From an uncultured delta proteobacterium (GTDB lineage Bacteria; Desulfobacterota; Syntrophobacteria; Syntrophobacterales; Syntrophobacteraceae): a stretch of 64,000 nucleotides of DNA. How positions within the stretch are numbered: position 1 is the first letter of the stretch; the number at the start of each line of letters is the position of its first letter. The DNA lies in NCBI GenBank assembly GCA_963808625.1, contig CAWEHK010000031.1, forward strand, positions 18,169 through 82,168. Reading direction: 5' to 3'. The position numbers were made by a program, and so were the translations under genes. The notes below the pieces were generated by a model. The model was not told the DNA's origin. It ran no database searches and saw nothing but the letters and a program-made list of their open reading frames with translations. This document shows, piece by piece, positions 39,697 through 50,102 of this stretch.

Positions 39697-39918
39697 TTCC
39701 CAATCAAAGCACGAACTGTCGCCCTGCGGATTCAACCTGGATCGGCCAAACCAGTGCCGCTCAGAAGCGCCTCTCTGTTAACCTTTTTGCAACCTTAGCT
39801 TTGATATTGAGCGCAGCCACAACCGGGTCCAGCTCCACTTTGGGGGAGCATGGAGGGCCGATCAATCGGCCCAAGCTCGTAGGACAAGCTTCCCGGCAGC
39901 CTCTGCAAAGGGACTTTT

Positions 39919-41155
39919 ATGGCTGCCGTCTCGCCAGTCTATCACCCAAGAGAGCCAACAGACTCCCCCTTGTGGAGGATACTGCACAACCACTATCCTG
40001 ATTTCAAGTCCGGCTATGACGAGCATTGCGAGAAGCAGTACGGGTTCTTCCGGCCGGTTGTGGACGAAGCAGACGGGCTCTTTCGACCCAATGGGACCTT
40101 CTATTGTCTCCCCAAGACGGAGCTTGAAGAACTGGAAGAGATCTTCCGCTCCAAGGTCCTGGCCATGTTGAAAGCTGAGGCCAGAATAAACGACGGGCTT
40201 ATTGAAAAATTCATCGCCTGGCATCACAGCGGTTTCAGCGTGCATGCCGGAAATCAGATAGCCAGAGACGACCGGGACGGTCAGAAGGCCCTGGCGGAAT
40301 ATATTCTGCGAAACGCCTTCTCCGAGCAGAAGATTACCTATCTCGAGGATACCGGCAAGGTCCTTTACCGGTCGGCCATGACCCATGGGAGCAACAAGAA
40401 AAACTTCGAGGTTTTCTCTGCCGAGGAATTCATCGCCGCCATCACTCAGCATATCCCAGACAAGCATTTTCAGATGGTAAGGTACTACGGCTGGTATTCA
40501 AGTAGAAGCAGGGGAGAATGAATCAAGGCCGGGCTCTTCAGGCCGGGGGATGAGCGGGCGTCTTCGGCGGTGAGCCCTGAGGTGACCGTGCTGGATGTGT
40601 CTGACCATCGGCCCCGACGGGTGCCGTCCAAGACATGGCGAGAGCTCATAAGAAAGATCTGGGAAGTGGACCCTCTCAGTTGTCCCCGATGCGGCCATGA
40701 GATGAAGATAATCAGCCGGATTCATGAACCTGGCGTCATAGAACGCTTCCTTCGCCATCTCGGGTTGTGGAAGCAGCACCCCGACCCTCGGGAGGGAAAA
40801 ATCAAAACGCCTGCGGACGGGCCGGTTGTCATGGAGGATTTCGACGACGGCTGGCCCGGATATGAAGAGCCGGTCTTCGTCTACCACTAAACTCCGCCGC
40901 TGGAGAGATCTCCCCCCGGCTACCACAGGAGCAGTCTGTCCTCAAACCGGGGCAAATACCCTCTTTCAAGCCCTTTGCAAACAAGGAAGCCGGTCGGAAG
41001 CTCAATCTGCAGAACTCCCTATCCTGGCGACCATCATGGTGAAGCACCATGGTGGTTCTTGTCTTTATGCCCCATGAAATCGGTACAAAAATGTCCTTGA
41101 CAGAGTCCACGACTTCTGCTGCTCAAAAAACCTCGAAAAAGCAATTTCCTATCAG
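39919..41155 (+). mobile_element. IS91-family (rolling-circle, Y2) element, copy 1, internally deleted
   Basis: N-terminus VYHPREP..PLW..YGFFRPVVDE joined directly to ADGLF; WHHSGFSVH, VRYYGWYS, WEVDPLSCPRC; ends AAAGCAATTTCCTATCAG (oriIS-like); left boundary not determined. Confidence 0.85.
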
Positions 41156-41157
41156 TC

Positions 41158-41350
41158 GACCACGATGCCGGGAAAGGAAAGGGAGAGAAAACCCAGGGAC
41201 TCCAGGATGCCTACCCCTACCGTGCGTACCTTGACGATCATGTAGGCGACGAAAATGGAGAGCATCGCCCCCGAGAGCCCGAGGATGAGACTATTCTTGA
41301 CCGACAGGAGCGAAATCAGGTCGTTCAGCCTCAGGACTCTGGCCAGCACC
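41158..41350 (-). pseudogene. ABC permease (FbpB-like) internal fragment
   Basis: SVKNSLILG..FVAYMIVK..LESLGFLSLSFPGIVV. Confidence 0.6.
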
Positions 41351-41459
41351 GCGGATTCATCGGGTAGAACATTACTCACCAGTGCAAAATAATACCGTCA
41401 CAACAAGCGATTGAGCCATTTCTTCGGGTCTCGTGAGGTATGGAAAATGCCATAAACGG

Positions 41460-41699
41460 TCACATTCGCACCACAGTATACTCGTAAAAGACAGAGTACG
41501 GAAATCGCCTCACTAATGCCCGACGATACTCCTCATGGATTCTAGCGTGGAGCTCAGGCGTACGACAAATTGCCTGAATACAAGCGTCCACACAGCACAG
41601 GAACTCTTCCCCCAAACCGGGGCGACGATCTTCGTACCAAGAATATGCCTCATCAACGTCCTGTTGCGCTTCCGGCGCGATGATTAGTTCAGCGGCCAT
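41460..41699 (-). CDS. RelE/ParE-family toxin (3' end possibly frameshifted)
   Basis: PEAQQDVDEAYSWYEDRRPGLGEEF..RRALVRRFPYSVFY. Confidence 0.85.
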   Translation of the reverse strand: MAAELIIAPEAQQDVDEAYSWYEDRRPGLGEEFLCCVDACIQAICRTPELHARIHEEYRRALVRRFPYSVFYEYTVVRM

Positions 41700-41913
41700 A
41701 GCGACTTCGTACCTTGCGTTTTACCTCGATCCACGAAAGTCCCGAAGCCGGGTTGTTCATCAAGTTCGCCCTGCGACGAGTCAATTCTTCTTTTTGCCAT
41801 TCGTATACCGGAACTTCTGAGGGGGTAGCAGCCAGATCATCCCAAAGATCTTCCACCAGTTGAAGCTTCTCTGGCGGAGTCAGGTCGAATACGGAAACAG
41901 TATTTGAATTCAT
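41689..41913 (-). CDS. Addiction-module antitoxin (TIGR02574-like)
   Basis: LTPPEKLQLVEDLWDDL..WQKEELTRR..SWIEVK. Confidence 0.88.
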   Translation of the reverse strand: MNSNTVSVFDLTPPEKLQLVEDLWDDLAATPSEVPVYEWQKEELTRRRANLMNNPASGLSWIEVKRKVRSRYGR

Positions 41914-42069
41914 TGGCACCCTCTTGATTGAGGACAATCCTAAGAATTGGAATGATTGTTTCGATTAAAAACAGATAAATTATATCCTTCTCCCGCCGAA
42001 TGTAAAGTTCACCTGCGAATGGAACGAGTCTGGTGCACCTTTCAGCCAACGATCTGCATTCTGGTGAGT

Positions 42070-42440
42070 TTAAAGTCCGATCAGAGAGGCCAGCACTACC
42101 AGCGCCGATGAAAAGAAAATCATGATGATGCCCAGGGCGGAGAGCCTGCCCCACAAGCCGTCCTCGGCAAAGCGCAGGACCTGCACCGCCAGGACCTCCG
42201 TCCCGGGACGCGAGAGCACCACCGAAAGGGTGAGCTCGCGCACGAACATGGTTGCCATGAGGATCCACCCCGACACGATGCCGGGGATGAGCAGCGGGAT
42301 GACGATGCGGCGCAGGGTGCGGAAGGGGGTCGCACCGCACACCCGGGAGGATTCCTCGAGCGAGACGTCAAAGGCGCTCATGGCCGGCGCGATGATCAGG
42401 TAGGCGATGGGCAGATCGAGCAGCCCCTCGAACCAGGATC
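42070..42440 (-). pseudogene. ABC permease (FbpB-like) C-terminal fragment
   Basis: SLEESSRVCGATPFRTLRRIVIPLL EAA loop; 5' end abuts IS91 copy 2. Confidence 0.75.
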
Positions 42441-42474
42441 ATTCCAGACAGGGAATAGATATTGAAAAGAGCGC

Positions 42475-43757
42475 TTCATTCCGATCATGCTCCGCATTTA
42501 TTTCAAGTACGACCGAAAACTCCTCACCCAACTATGCCACTGCGCCAAAGAGAGCCTGGAGATGTTCTTTCGAACCTTGCTGGGCCTCGATGACGGCATC
42601 CTCGGGATGATCATGGTCATCCACACCTTCGGGGATTACGCCAGGTTTCATCCTCATCTTCATGCCATCGTCGCCGACGGGCTGTTTCGAGCGAATGGGA
42701 CCTTTTATTGCCTGCCCGAAAGAGACATCAAAGCGCTGGAAGAGATCTTCCGTTCCAAGGTCCTGGCCATGTTGAAGGCTGAGGGCAGGATAGACGACGG
42801 GCTTATTGAAAAACTCATGGCCTGGCATCACAGCGGATTCAGCGTGCATGCCGGAAACCGCATTGCCAGAGACGACCGGGACGGGCAGAACGCCTTGGCG
42901 GAATATATCCTGCGAAACGCCTTCTCCGAGCAGAAGATTACCTATATCGAGGATACCGGCAAGGTCCTTTACCGGTCGGCCATGACCCATGGGAGCAACA
43001 AGAAAAACTTCGAGATTTTCACTGCCGAGGAATTCATCGCCGCCATCACTCAGCATATCCCAGACAAGCATTTTCAGATGGTAAGGTACTACGGCTGGTA
43101 TTCAAGTAGAAGCAGGGGAGAAAGAATCAAGGCCGGGCTCTTCAGGCCGGGGGATGAGCGGGCGTCTTCGGCGGTGAGCCCTGAGGTGACCGTGCTGGAT
43201 GTGTCCGACCATCGGCCGCGGCGGGTGCCGCCCAAGACATGGCGAGAGCTCATAAGAAAGATCTGGGAAGTGGACCCTCTCAGTTGTCCCCGATGCGGCC
43301 ATGAGATGGAGATCATCAACCTGATCATGAACCCGACTTCATAGAACGCATCCTCCGCCATCTCGGGTTGTGGAAGCAGCCCCCCGACCCTCGGGAGGGA
43401 AAAATCAAAACGCCTGCGGACGGGCCGGTTGTCATGGAGATTTTCGACGGCGGCTGGCCCGGATATGAAGAGCCTGTCTTCGTCTACCACTAAACTCCGC
43501 CGCTGGAGAGATCTCCCCCCGGCTACCACAGGAGCAGTCTGTCCTCAAACCGGGGCAAATACCCTCTTTCAAGCCCTCTGCAAACAAGGAAGCCGGTCGG
43601 AAGCTCAATCTGCAGAACTCCCCATCCTGGCGACCATCATGGTGAAGCACCATGGTGGTTCTTGTCTTTATGCCCCATGAAATCGGTACAAAAATGTCCT
43701 TGACAGAGTCCACGACTTCTGCTGCTCAAAAAACCTCGAAAAGCAATTTCCTATCAG
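42475..43757 (+). mobile_element. IS91-family element, copy 2, 5'-truncated
   Basis: IHTFGD..FHPHLHAIV (HUH), WHHSGFSVH, VRYYGWYS; 3' region and oriIS-like end nearly identical to copy 1. Confidence 0.88.
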
Positions 43758-43955
43758 TCCACGCATCATGCCTTTCCTCCTTTGTCACTCCCTCATACCA
43801 TCGCACGACATTCTGCGTCATCACAAGTTCTTTCCTGTAACAATTGATTTCCCCAATGGTAACTGCAGTGATACACATGGCGCGTAAGGTGTATAATCGT
43901 GGCCGTGCGCACAAAATCCTGCGAGGCTAACCCTGCAAACAAGGAGAAAAAAGAT
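43758..43955 (+). repeat. 198-bp direct repeat, copy 2 (ald upstream region)
   Basis: Starts directly after the IS91 end and runs into the ald ATG. Confidence 0.92.
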
Positions 43956-45066
43956 GATCGTAGGAATCTTGAAGGAAATCAAGGATCAGGAATACCGTGT
44001 TTGTATGACTCCCGCGGGAGTGGAGGTGATGAAATTGAACGGCCACGTCCTTCTGGTCGAAAAGGATGCCGGAGCCGGGAGTGGCTTTGAGGATGAAGCT
44101 TACGTGGAGGCGGGCGCCGAGATTGTCGCGACGGCCAGGGAAGTGTATGAGAGGTCAGGGATGATCATGCGCGTGAAAGAGCCGCAACCTGTGGAGTACG
44201 ATTTGATCAAGAAGGAGCAAATCCTCTTCACCTATCTTCACCTGGCGGCGGATAGAGAGCTGACTGATGCACTCATTAAAACCGGCTCGGTTTGCATCGC
44301 CTATGAAACCATTCAGAAGGCGGATGGTTCTTTGCCTTTGCTGATCCCGATGAGCGAAGTGGCGGGGAGGATGGCCATCCAGCAGGGGGCAAAGTATCTG
44401 GAGATGGCGCAGGGAGGCGACGGCGTTCTGCTGGGGGGAGTTCCGGGAGTCGATCCCGGCATGGTGGTCATCCTTGGCGGCGGCATTGTCGGCACCAACG
44501 CGGCGAAGATGGCCTGCGGTCTGGGCGCTAAAGTCTATGTCCTCGATATGAGCCTCGATCGCCTCCGCTATTTGAGTGATGTTATGCCGGCGAACTGTTT
44601 TCTGCTCTTTGCCAGCCCGGCTACCGTCAGGGAGTTGATCGCGAGAGCTGATGTCGTCGTGGGTGCAGTGCTCGTCCCGGGTACCAAGGCCCCCAAACTG
44701 GTCACCCGCGAGATGGTGAAGACCATGAAGAAAGGCTCGGTGCTGGTTGATGTGGCCATCGATCAGGGCGGATGCTTCGAAACCTCGAAGGCGACCACCC
44801 ACACCAACCCCACCTTCGTGGTGGATGGCGTGGTCCACTACTGCGTGGCCAACATGCCGGGTGCGGTTGCCAAGACCTCTACCCATGCTTTGACCAATGC
44901 CACCCTGCCCTACGCGGTCCAGATCGCCAACAAGGGGTGGAAACGGGCCATGAAGGAAAACCCCGAAATCAAACTGGGCGCCAACGTCATCAACGGCAAA
45001 ATTACCTATAAGGGCGTGGCCGATGCTTTTGGCCTGGAATTGACTCCGATCGATGAACTCCTCTAA
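43954..45066 (+). CDS. ald: Alanine dehydrogenase
   Basis: [50 protein letters not shown]. Confidence 0.96.
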   Translation: MIVGILKEIKDQEYRVCMTPAGVEVMKLNGHVLLVEKDAGAGSGFEDEAYVEAGAEIVATAREVYERSGMIMRVKEPQPVEYDLIKKEQILFTYLHLAADRELTDALIKTGSVCIAYETIQKADGSLPLLIPMSEVAGRMAIQQGAKYLEMAQGGDGVLLGGVPGVDPGMVVILGGGIVGTNAAKMACGLGAKVYVLDMSLDRLRYLSDVMPANCFLLFASPATVRELIARADVVVGAVLVPGTKAPKLVTREMVKTMKKGSVLVDVAIDQGGCFETSKATTHTNPTFVVDGVVHYCVANMPGAVAKTSTHALTNATLPYAVQIANKGWKRAMKENPEIKLGANVINGKITYKGVADAFGLELTPIDELL

Positions 45067-45368
45067 GGCAAAGCACGGGGATGGAGAGAAGTGCAAACCG
45101 TCCCCTTCTTTCGGTCTGACCCGAGGTCGCTGTCTTAGAGACCTGATCCGTCCTGATTCTTCTGCAAGATCTCTTGGAACGGCGGGGCAGATCAATTATT
45201 CTTGTTCGAAGGCTGTCAGGTCGGTGATGCCCAAAGTGATCACATCAGAACGAGAGCATGCCGGCTGAGGTGTATTCTATTCCTGGCGGCCCTGCCGGGG
45301 TGCGAGGGGAGCGCCTGAAGTCCCTTCTTGAATTCTTTGTCTCAGTTAACTGGTTAGGAGATGAGAAC

Positions 45369-46652
45369 ATGAGAAATGTTGTGATTGTGTCCGGATCGAG
45401 GACTCCAGTGGGAGCTTTTGGTGGGAGCCTGAAGTCGACGCCTGTCGTCCAGTTGGGTGCTTTGGTCATGAAGGAGGCCCTGAGGAAAGTCGGGTTGCGT
45501 CCGGTGACGATGACGGAGTTGCAAGGGTTTGAACCCGACGCTCTGCAGGGTGTCGGACCGACAGACCTGGAAACGAAGGCCAACGACTACAACGCCTCCC
45601 TGCAGCCGGTTCAAGTTGACGAAGTGATCATGGGAAATGTGCTTTCGACTGGACAGGGTCAGAATGTCACCAGGCAGGCCATGATCGGGGCCGGCATTCC
45701 CAAGGAGACGCCCGCTTACACGGTAAACAAGCTTTGCGCGTCCGGGATGAAGGCCGTGGCTTTGGCGGCCCAGGCCATTGGCAGTGGCAGTGCCGAGATT
45801 ATCCTGGCTGGGGGCATGGAAAACATGAGCCTCGTTCCCTATGCCGTCCCCGCGGCAAGGTGGGGCGCCCGCATGAGTGATACCAGTCTCATCGACCTTC
45901 TCATCTTCGACGGCTTGCAGGAAAGCTTTTATGGTTATCATATGGGAGTCACCGCTGAAAACATTGCGGAAAAGTACGGCATCTCGAAACAGGAACAGGA
46001 CGAGTTCGGGGTCTTGAGCCACCAGCGGGCACGCAAGGCAATGGCCGAAAGTCTGTTTAAGGACGAGATTGTGCCGGTCCTGATCCCTCAGCGCAAGGGA
46101 GACCCCATCGTTCTCGAGGTGGATGAAAGACCGATGGATACCAATCTGGAAAAGATGGCCAAGCTGCGACCGGCGTTCAAGAAGAATGGGACGGTTACCG
46201 CCGGCAACGCTTCCGGCATCAACGACGCTGCAGCCGCACTGCTGCTCATGTCTGAAGATAAGGCAAAAGCTCTCGGGCTGAAGCCCCTCGTCAAAATCGC
46301 TGCTTATAGCTCAGCCGGCCTTGACCCAGCCTTTATGGGCCTCGGTCCCATCCCTGCGGTAAGAAAGATCCTCAAAGCAACCGGCCTTTCCATCAAAGAT
46401 TTTGGCGCTATCGAACTGAATGAGGCGTTCGCCGCTCAGGCCATCGGTTGCATGCGCGAGCTGAAGTGTGATCCGGAGAAGACCAACCCTCTCGGGAGTG
46501 GCATCTCCATCGGCCACCCCATTGGCTGCACCGGGGCCCGCATCATGGTGACTCTGATCAACCAGATGCTGCGCAACGACCTTGAATTCGGACTGGCCAG
46601 CCTTTGTATCGGCGGCGGCCAGGGCATGGCGACTGTGCTGCAACGGGTCTAA
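45369..46652 (+). CDS. phaA: Acetyl-CoA C-acetyltransferase (thiolase)
   Basis: NKLCASG, NEAFAAQ, GHPIGCTG, CIGGGQG; upstream of phaEC (symbol assigned from context). Confidence 0.9.
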   Translation: MRNVVIVSGSRTPVGAFGGSLKSTPVVQLGALVMKEALRKVGLRPVTMTELQGFEPDALQGVGPTDLETKANDYNASLQPVQVDEVIMGNVLSTGQGQNVTRQAMIGAGIPKETPAYTVNKLCASGMKAVALAAQAIGSGSAEIILAGGMENMSLVPYAVPAARWGARMSDTSLIDLLIFDGLQESFYGYHMGVTAENIAEKYGISKQEQDEFGVLSHQRARKAMAESLFKDEIVPVLIPQRKGDPIVLEVDERPMDTNLEKMAKLRPAFKKNGTVTAGNASGINDAAAALLLMSEDKAKALGLKPLVKIAAYSSAGLDPAFMGLGPIPAVRKILKATGLSIKDFGAIELNEAFAAQAIGCMRELKCDPEKTNPLGSGISIGHPIGCTGARIMVTLINQMLRNDLEFGLASLCIGGGQGMATVLQRV

Positions 46653-46849
46653 GGCATAGCCACAGCCGCAACCAAAACGATTCACCGCAGAGACGCAGAG
46701 ATCGCAGAGAAAACAATATCTTACAGCAAACTCTTGAGAGCATTTCAAGAACTGCCCCATTGTTCATATTTGCTCTTCTCGGCGCTCTCTGCGCCTCTGC
46801 GGTGAACCCATCATATTCTTTCAATTTATCGAAGAATGGGAGATGGCTT

Positions 46850-47761
46850 ATGGACCAAGATAACAAGGAAAAATCAGGCCCGGATTCCATGTTCGCCGAA
46901 TGGATGAAAGCGGCCTCTGATTTTTGGCTATCAGCAGCCAAGACCGCTCCTTTCGGCGGTTTCGAGGCTCCGGAAAATTTGCAGGCATCCGCTGCCGGCT
47001 TTCCCGGTCGGATGGAGGAAGGGTGGCAGGCACTGCTGAAAATATGGCAGACTTCGGCCTCGGCGCTCAGTTCTCCGCAAACCCTGGAGGCCATCCTTCG
47101 CGGGGTAACCGCCTCACCCGAAGCCGCCATGCGAATAGTCCGCACGTCCTGGGACGGATATTCCCAGCTCTATCAGATGTGGCTGAAACACACGGGCAAG
47201 GTGGGTGAGGCAAGTAGGGGCTACACCTTCGGAGGACTACAAACGAACACCTTCCAAGAATGGACCGCCTTTTACGAGAAAGAAATCCAGCCCTTTCTGA
47301 AAATGCCCCAGGTCGGTTTGACCCGCCTCTATCAGGAGAGAGCGAACGACGCGGTGGACAAATTCGCCCAGTATCAGACGGCGATTGCCGAATTCCTTAG
47401 CGTGCTCAATGCTCCGGTCGAAAAATCCCTGCGCGTCATGGAGGAAAAGCTCGGGGAGCTGGCCAAAGAGGGGAAGCTGCCGGAAAACTTCAAAGATTAT
47501 TACAACATGTGGATCAAAGCCCTGGAGGAGCACACCATGACCCTCTTCCACTCCCCGGAATATGTCGAGTGCCTGGGTAGGACGCTGAATGCGGTGCAGG
47601 ACTACAAGGCAGCCCGCGAGAAGGTGCTTATGGACCTGCTCCAAATCCTGCCCATTCCGACGAACAGGGATATGGATGCACTCTACAAGGAGTTCTATGT
47701 GCTCAAGAAGAAAGTCAATGCCATGGCCAGGAAGCTTGAGCAGCCAGAGTCGTTGACATAA
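46850..47761 (+). CDS. phaE: Class III PHA synthase subunit E
   Basis: PQVGLTRLYQE, YNMWIKALE, LPIPTNRDMDALYKEFYVLKKKV; immediately upstream of phaC. Confidence 0.88.
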   Translation: MDQDNKEKSGPDSMFAEWMKAASDFWLSAAKTAPFGGFEAPENLQASAAGFPGRMEEGWQALLKIWQTSASALSSPQTLEAILRGVTASPEAAMRIVRTSWDGYSQLYQMWLKHTGKVGEASRGYTFGGLQTNTFQEWTAFYEKEIQPFLKMPQVGLTRLYQERANDAVDKFAQYQTAIAEFLSVLNAPVEKSLRVMEEKLGELAKEGKLPENFKDYYNMWIKALEEHTMTLFHSPEYVECLGRTLNAVQDYKAAREKVLMDLLQILPIPTNRDMDALYKEFYVLKKKVNAMARKLEQPESLT

Positions 47762-47773
47762 GGGAGGGCCTTC

Positions 47774-48952
47774 ATGAACCAATCCGGTATTCCAGTAGAC
47801 CGTATCCTGGGCAAACTGGCAGAAGAGGTGGAGAAATCGCAGCAGCGCATCGTCAAGTCGAAGGAAGTCCTGCTCGGTCCCCTCATGACGGACATCGCCA
47901 CCACCCCGTATGAAATCGTGTATGAGGAAGATCGTGTCAAGCTCAAGCATTACCTTCCGCTTGCCGAAAATAAGGTAAGTACCCCGATGCTCGTGGTTTA
48001 CGCTCTGGTCAATCGCGAGACCATGCTCGATCTGCAGCCGGGAAGGAGTGTCGTCCAAAACATCCTGAAAGAAGGGATTGACCTCTACATGATCGATTGG
48101 GGCTATCCTACCGCCAAGGACCGGTACCTGAGCATCGATGACCATGTGAACGGGTACCTCGACAATATCATCGATTTCATTCGCCGGCGGCACGGCATCC
48201 CCCAGGTCAACCTGATGGGAATCTGCATGGGGGGCAGCTTTTGCATCATGTATTCCGCCCTGCACCCGGAAAAGGTGAAGAACCTGATCCTCACGGTGAC
48301 CCCCAGCAACTTTGACACGGACAAGAGCCTGCTCAACATCTGGGTGAAGGCCATCGATCCCGATCGCGTCGCCGAAGCGTATGGCAACATTCCGGGAGAC
48401 GTCCTGAACATTCTTTTTCTGCTGCTCAACCCGCCCCGGTTGATGCTCGACAAATATGTCGGCTATTTAGAAAACGTGGATGACAAGGTGTTTGTGGAGA
48501 ACTTCATCCGCATGGAAAAATGGATTTTTGACAGCCCCGACGTCCCGGGAGAGACCTTCCGGCAGTTCCTCAAGGATTGCTATAGGGACAATCTACTGAT
48601 CCAGAGCAAGATGGAACTGGATGGCAAGCGGGTCGATCTCAAGAACATCACGATGCCGGTGCTGAACATCTATGGCCGCTTCGATCACCTCGTCCCGCCC
48701 CCGGCCTGTGAGCTTCTGACGAGCCGCGTGGGGAGCAAGGACACCGAAGACCTGTGCCTGGAAACGGGCCACATTGGCATCTATGTCAGCGCCAAGTGCC
48801 AAAGGGAACTGGCTCCCAAGATCGCCGGCTGGCTGCATGAACGAGACGGTAGCGAAGGGGAGGCGGCAGCGTCTCCTCCACCGGTCAATGAGGAGCCGAA
48901 GCTGGGGAGCAGGCCAAAAAGTCGCAAGGTTTCAGCGAAAAGGAAAAAATGA
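47774..48952 (+). CDS. phaC: Class III PHA synthase subunit C
   Basis: YALVNR..LDLQ, IDWGYP, GICMGG lipase box, MEKWIFDSPD, DHLVPP, GHIG. Confidence 0.95.
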   Translation: MNQSGIPVDRILGKLAEEVEKSQQRIVKSKEVLLGPLMTDIATTPYEIVYEEDRVKLKHYLPLAENKVSTPMLVVYALVNRETMLDLQPGRSVVQNILKEGIDLYMIDWGYPTAKDRYLSIDDHVNGYLDNIIDFIRRRHGIPQVNLMGICMGGSFCIMYSALHPEKVKNLILTVTPSNFDTDKSLLNIWVKAIDPDRVAEAYGNIPGDVLNILFLLLNPPRLMLDKYVGYLENVDDKVFVENFIRMEKWIFDSPDVPGETFRQFLKDCYRDNLLIQSKMELDGKRVDLKNITMPVLNIYGRFDHLVPPPACELLTSRVGSKDTEDLCLETGHIGIYVSAKCQRELAPKIAGWLHERDGSEGEAAASPPPVNEEPKLGSRPKSRKVSAKRKK

Positions 48953-49036
48953 GAACATGCTTGAACCCACCATCCCTATTTTTAGCCAGCGCCTCGACCT
49001 CCCTGCCAGGGTAGTCAGAAGGCGACAGGAGGGCTT

Positions 49037-49459
49037 TTGATGAGAGGAAAAACCATCAGTGAACTCAAGGTTGGCGATTCGGCGGAGTTCAGCAAGACGA
49101 TCTCCGAAGCGGATGTTTACCTTTATGCCGGGGTGAGTGGTGATCTCAATCCTGCTCACATTAACGAGGCTTATGCCCGGAACACTTTTTTCAAGACCAG
49201 GATTGCCCACGGGATGTTATCCGCCGGCTTCATTTCGGCCGTGCTGGGGATGCAACTCCCCGGGCCGGGAAGCATCTATATGAGGCAGGAATTGAGCTTC
49301 AGGGCACCGGTGCGGATTGGAGACACGGTTACGGCTCGTGCTGAGGTAATTGAAATCAATGTTGAAAAAAACCGGGTCAGGCTGAAGACAACGTGCGTCA
49401 ATCAAGAAGGCACGCTGGTTCTCGATGGTGAGGCGCTGGTCAGCCCTCCCAGGGCCTGA
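49037..49459 (+). CDS. phaJ: MaoC-family (R)-specific enoyl-CoA hydratase
   Basis: YAGVSGDLNPAH, RIAHGML, LPGPGSIY. Confidence 0.88.
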   Translation: MMRGKTISELKVGDSAEFSKTISEADVYLYAGVSGDLNPAHINEAYARNTFFKTRIAHGMLSAGFISAVLGMQLPGPGSIYMRQELSFRAPVRIGDTVTARAEVIEINVEKNRVRLKTTCVNQEGTLVLDGEALVSPPRA

Positions 49460-49482
49460 GTCGAGAAGAGGCTCTTCCCTGA

Positions 49483-49613
49483 GAGGGTGGCTAAAAAGCC
49501 CTTCTTCCCCGTCACCCCGGCGAAAGCCGGGGTCCAGAAGATCTTAAAAAACCTGGATTCCGGCTTTCGCCGGAATGACGCAATGTGATTCGGGAGAACC
49601 TTTGGACACCCTC
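49483..49613 (-). mobile_element. MITE (131 bp), inverted copy of 22878-23009
   Basis: Left GAGGGTGGCTAAAAAG (14/16 to the IS5 TIR), right TTTGGACACCCTC; TGA duplicated on both sides. Confidence 0.8.
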
Positions 49614-49622
49614 TGAGACGTC

Positions 49623-50102
49623 TTATTCCTGGGGAGGAGGCTCTTTTTTTGCCCCCTTTCCCAAATTCGGAAAAAGGTCGAAGAGGGAGTCAAGATTTGC
49701 GAAAGGAGGCAGGGGTGGTGCTGGTGCATGCGAGAAAAGGTCCTTGCCCATATCAAGCCAGTTTCTAAACTGCTGGTCGAGGGTCGCTTTGTAGGCAAGA
49801 TAATTTCTGATAGTAAGTTCTAAATATTTATCGAAAAAATCGTTGAGCACCGTTTCGCCGTACTGGATGATCAGGTGGAGGAGGGTTACGGGTAAGAGGC
49901 TGTTGTTCTTCCTGGCTTCCTCCACGATGATCTGGGTGAGAATGAAGGCCGTCATGTCCTCCTCGGTTTTCGCATCGACAACCTGCACCTGACGGCCTTC
50001 TCTAATCATGTCAGCAACTTGGCTTAGCGTGATGTAGACGCTTTTTTCCGTATCGTACAATCGCCGGTTGGCGTATTTCTTCAGCAATAACCGTTCCAGC
50101 AT
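49623..50102 (-). CDS. phaR: PHA synthesis regulator, PhaR-like
   Basis: KKYANRRLYDTEKSVYITL, VVDAKTEEDMT..LTQII. Confidence 0.9.
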   Translation of the reverse strand: MLERLLLKKYANRRLYDTEKSVYITLSQVADMIREGRQVQVVDAKTEEDMTAFILTQIIVEEARKNNSLLPVTLLHLIIQYGETVLNDFFDKYLELTIRNYLAYKATLDQQFRNWLDMGKDLFSHAPAPPLPPFANLDSLFDLFPNLGKGAKKEPPPQE

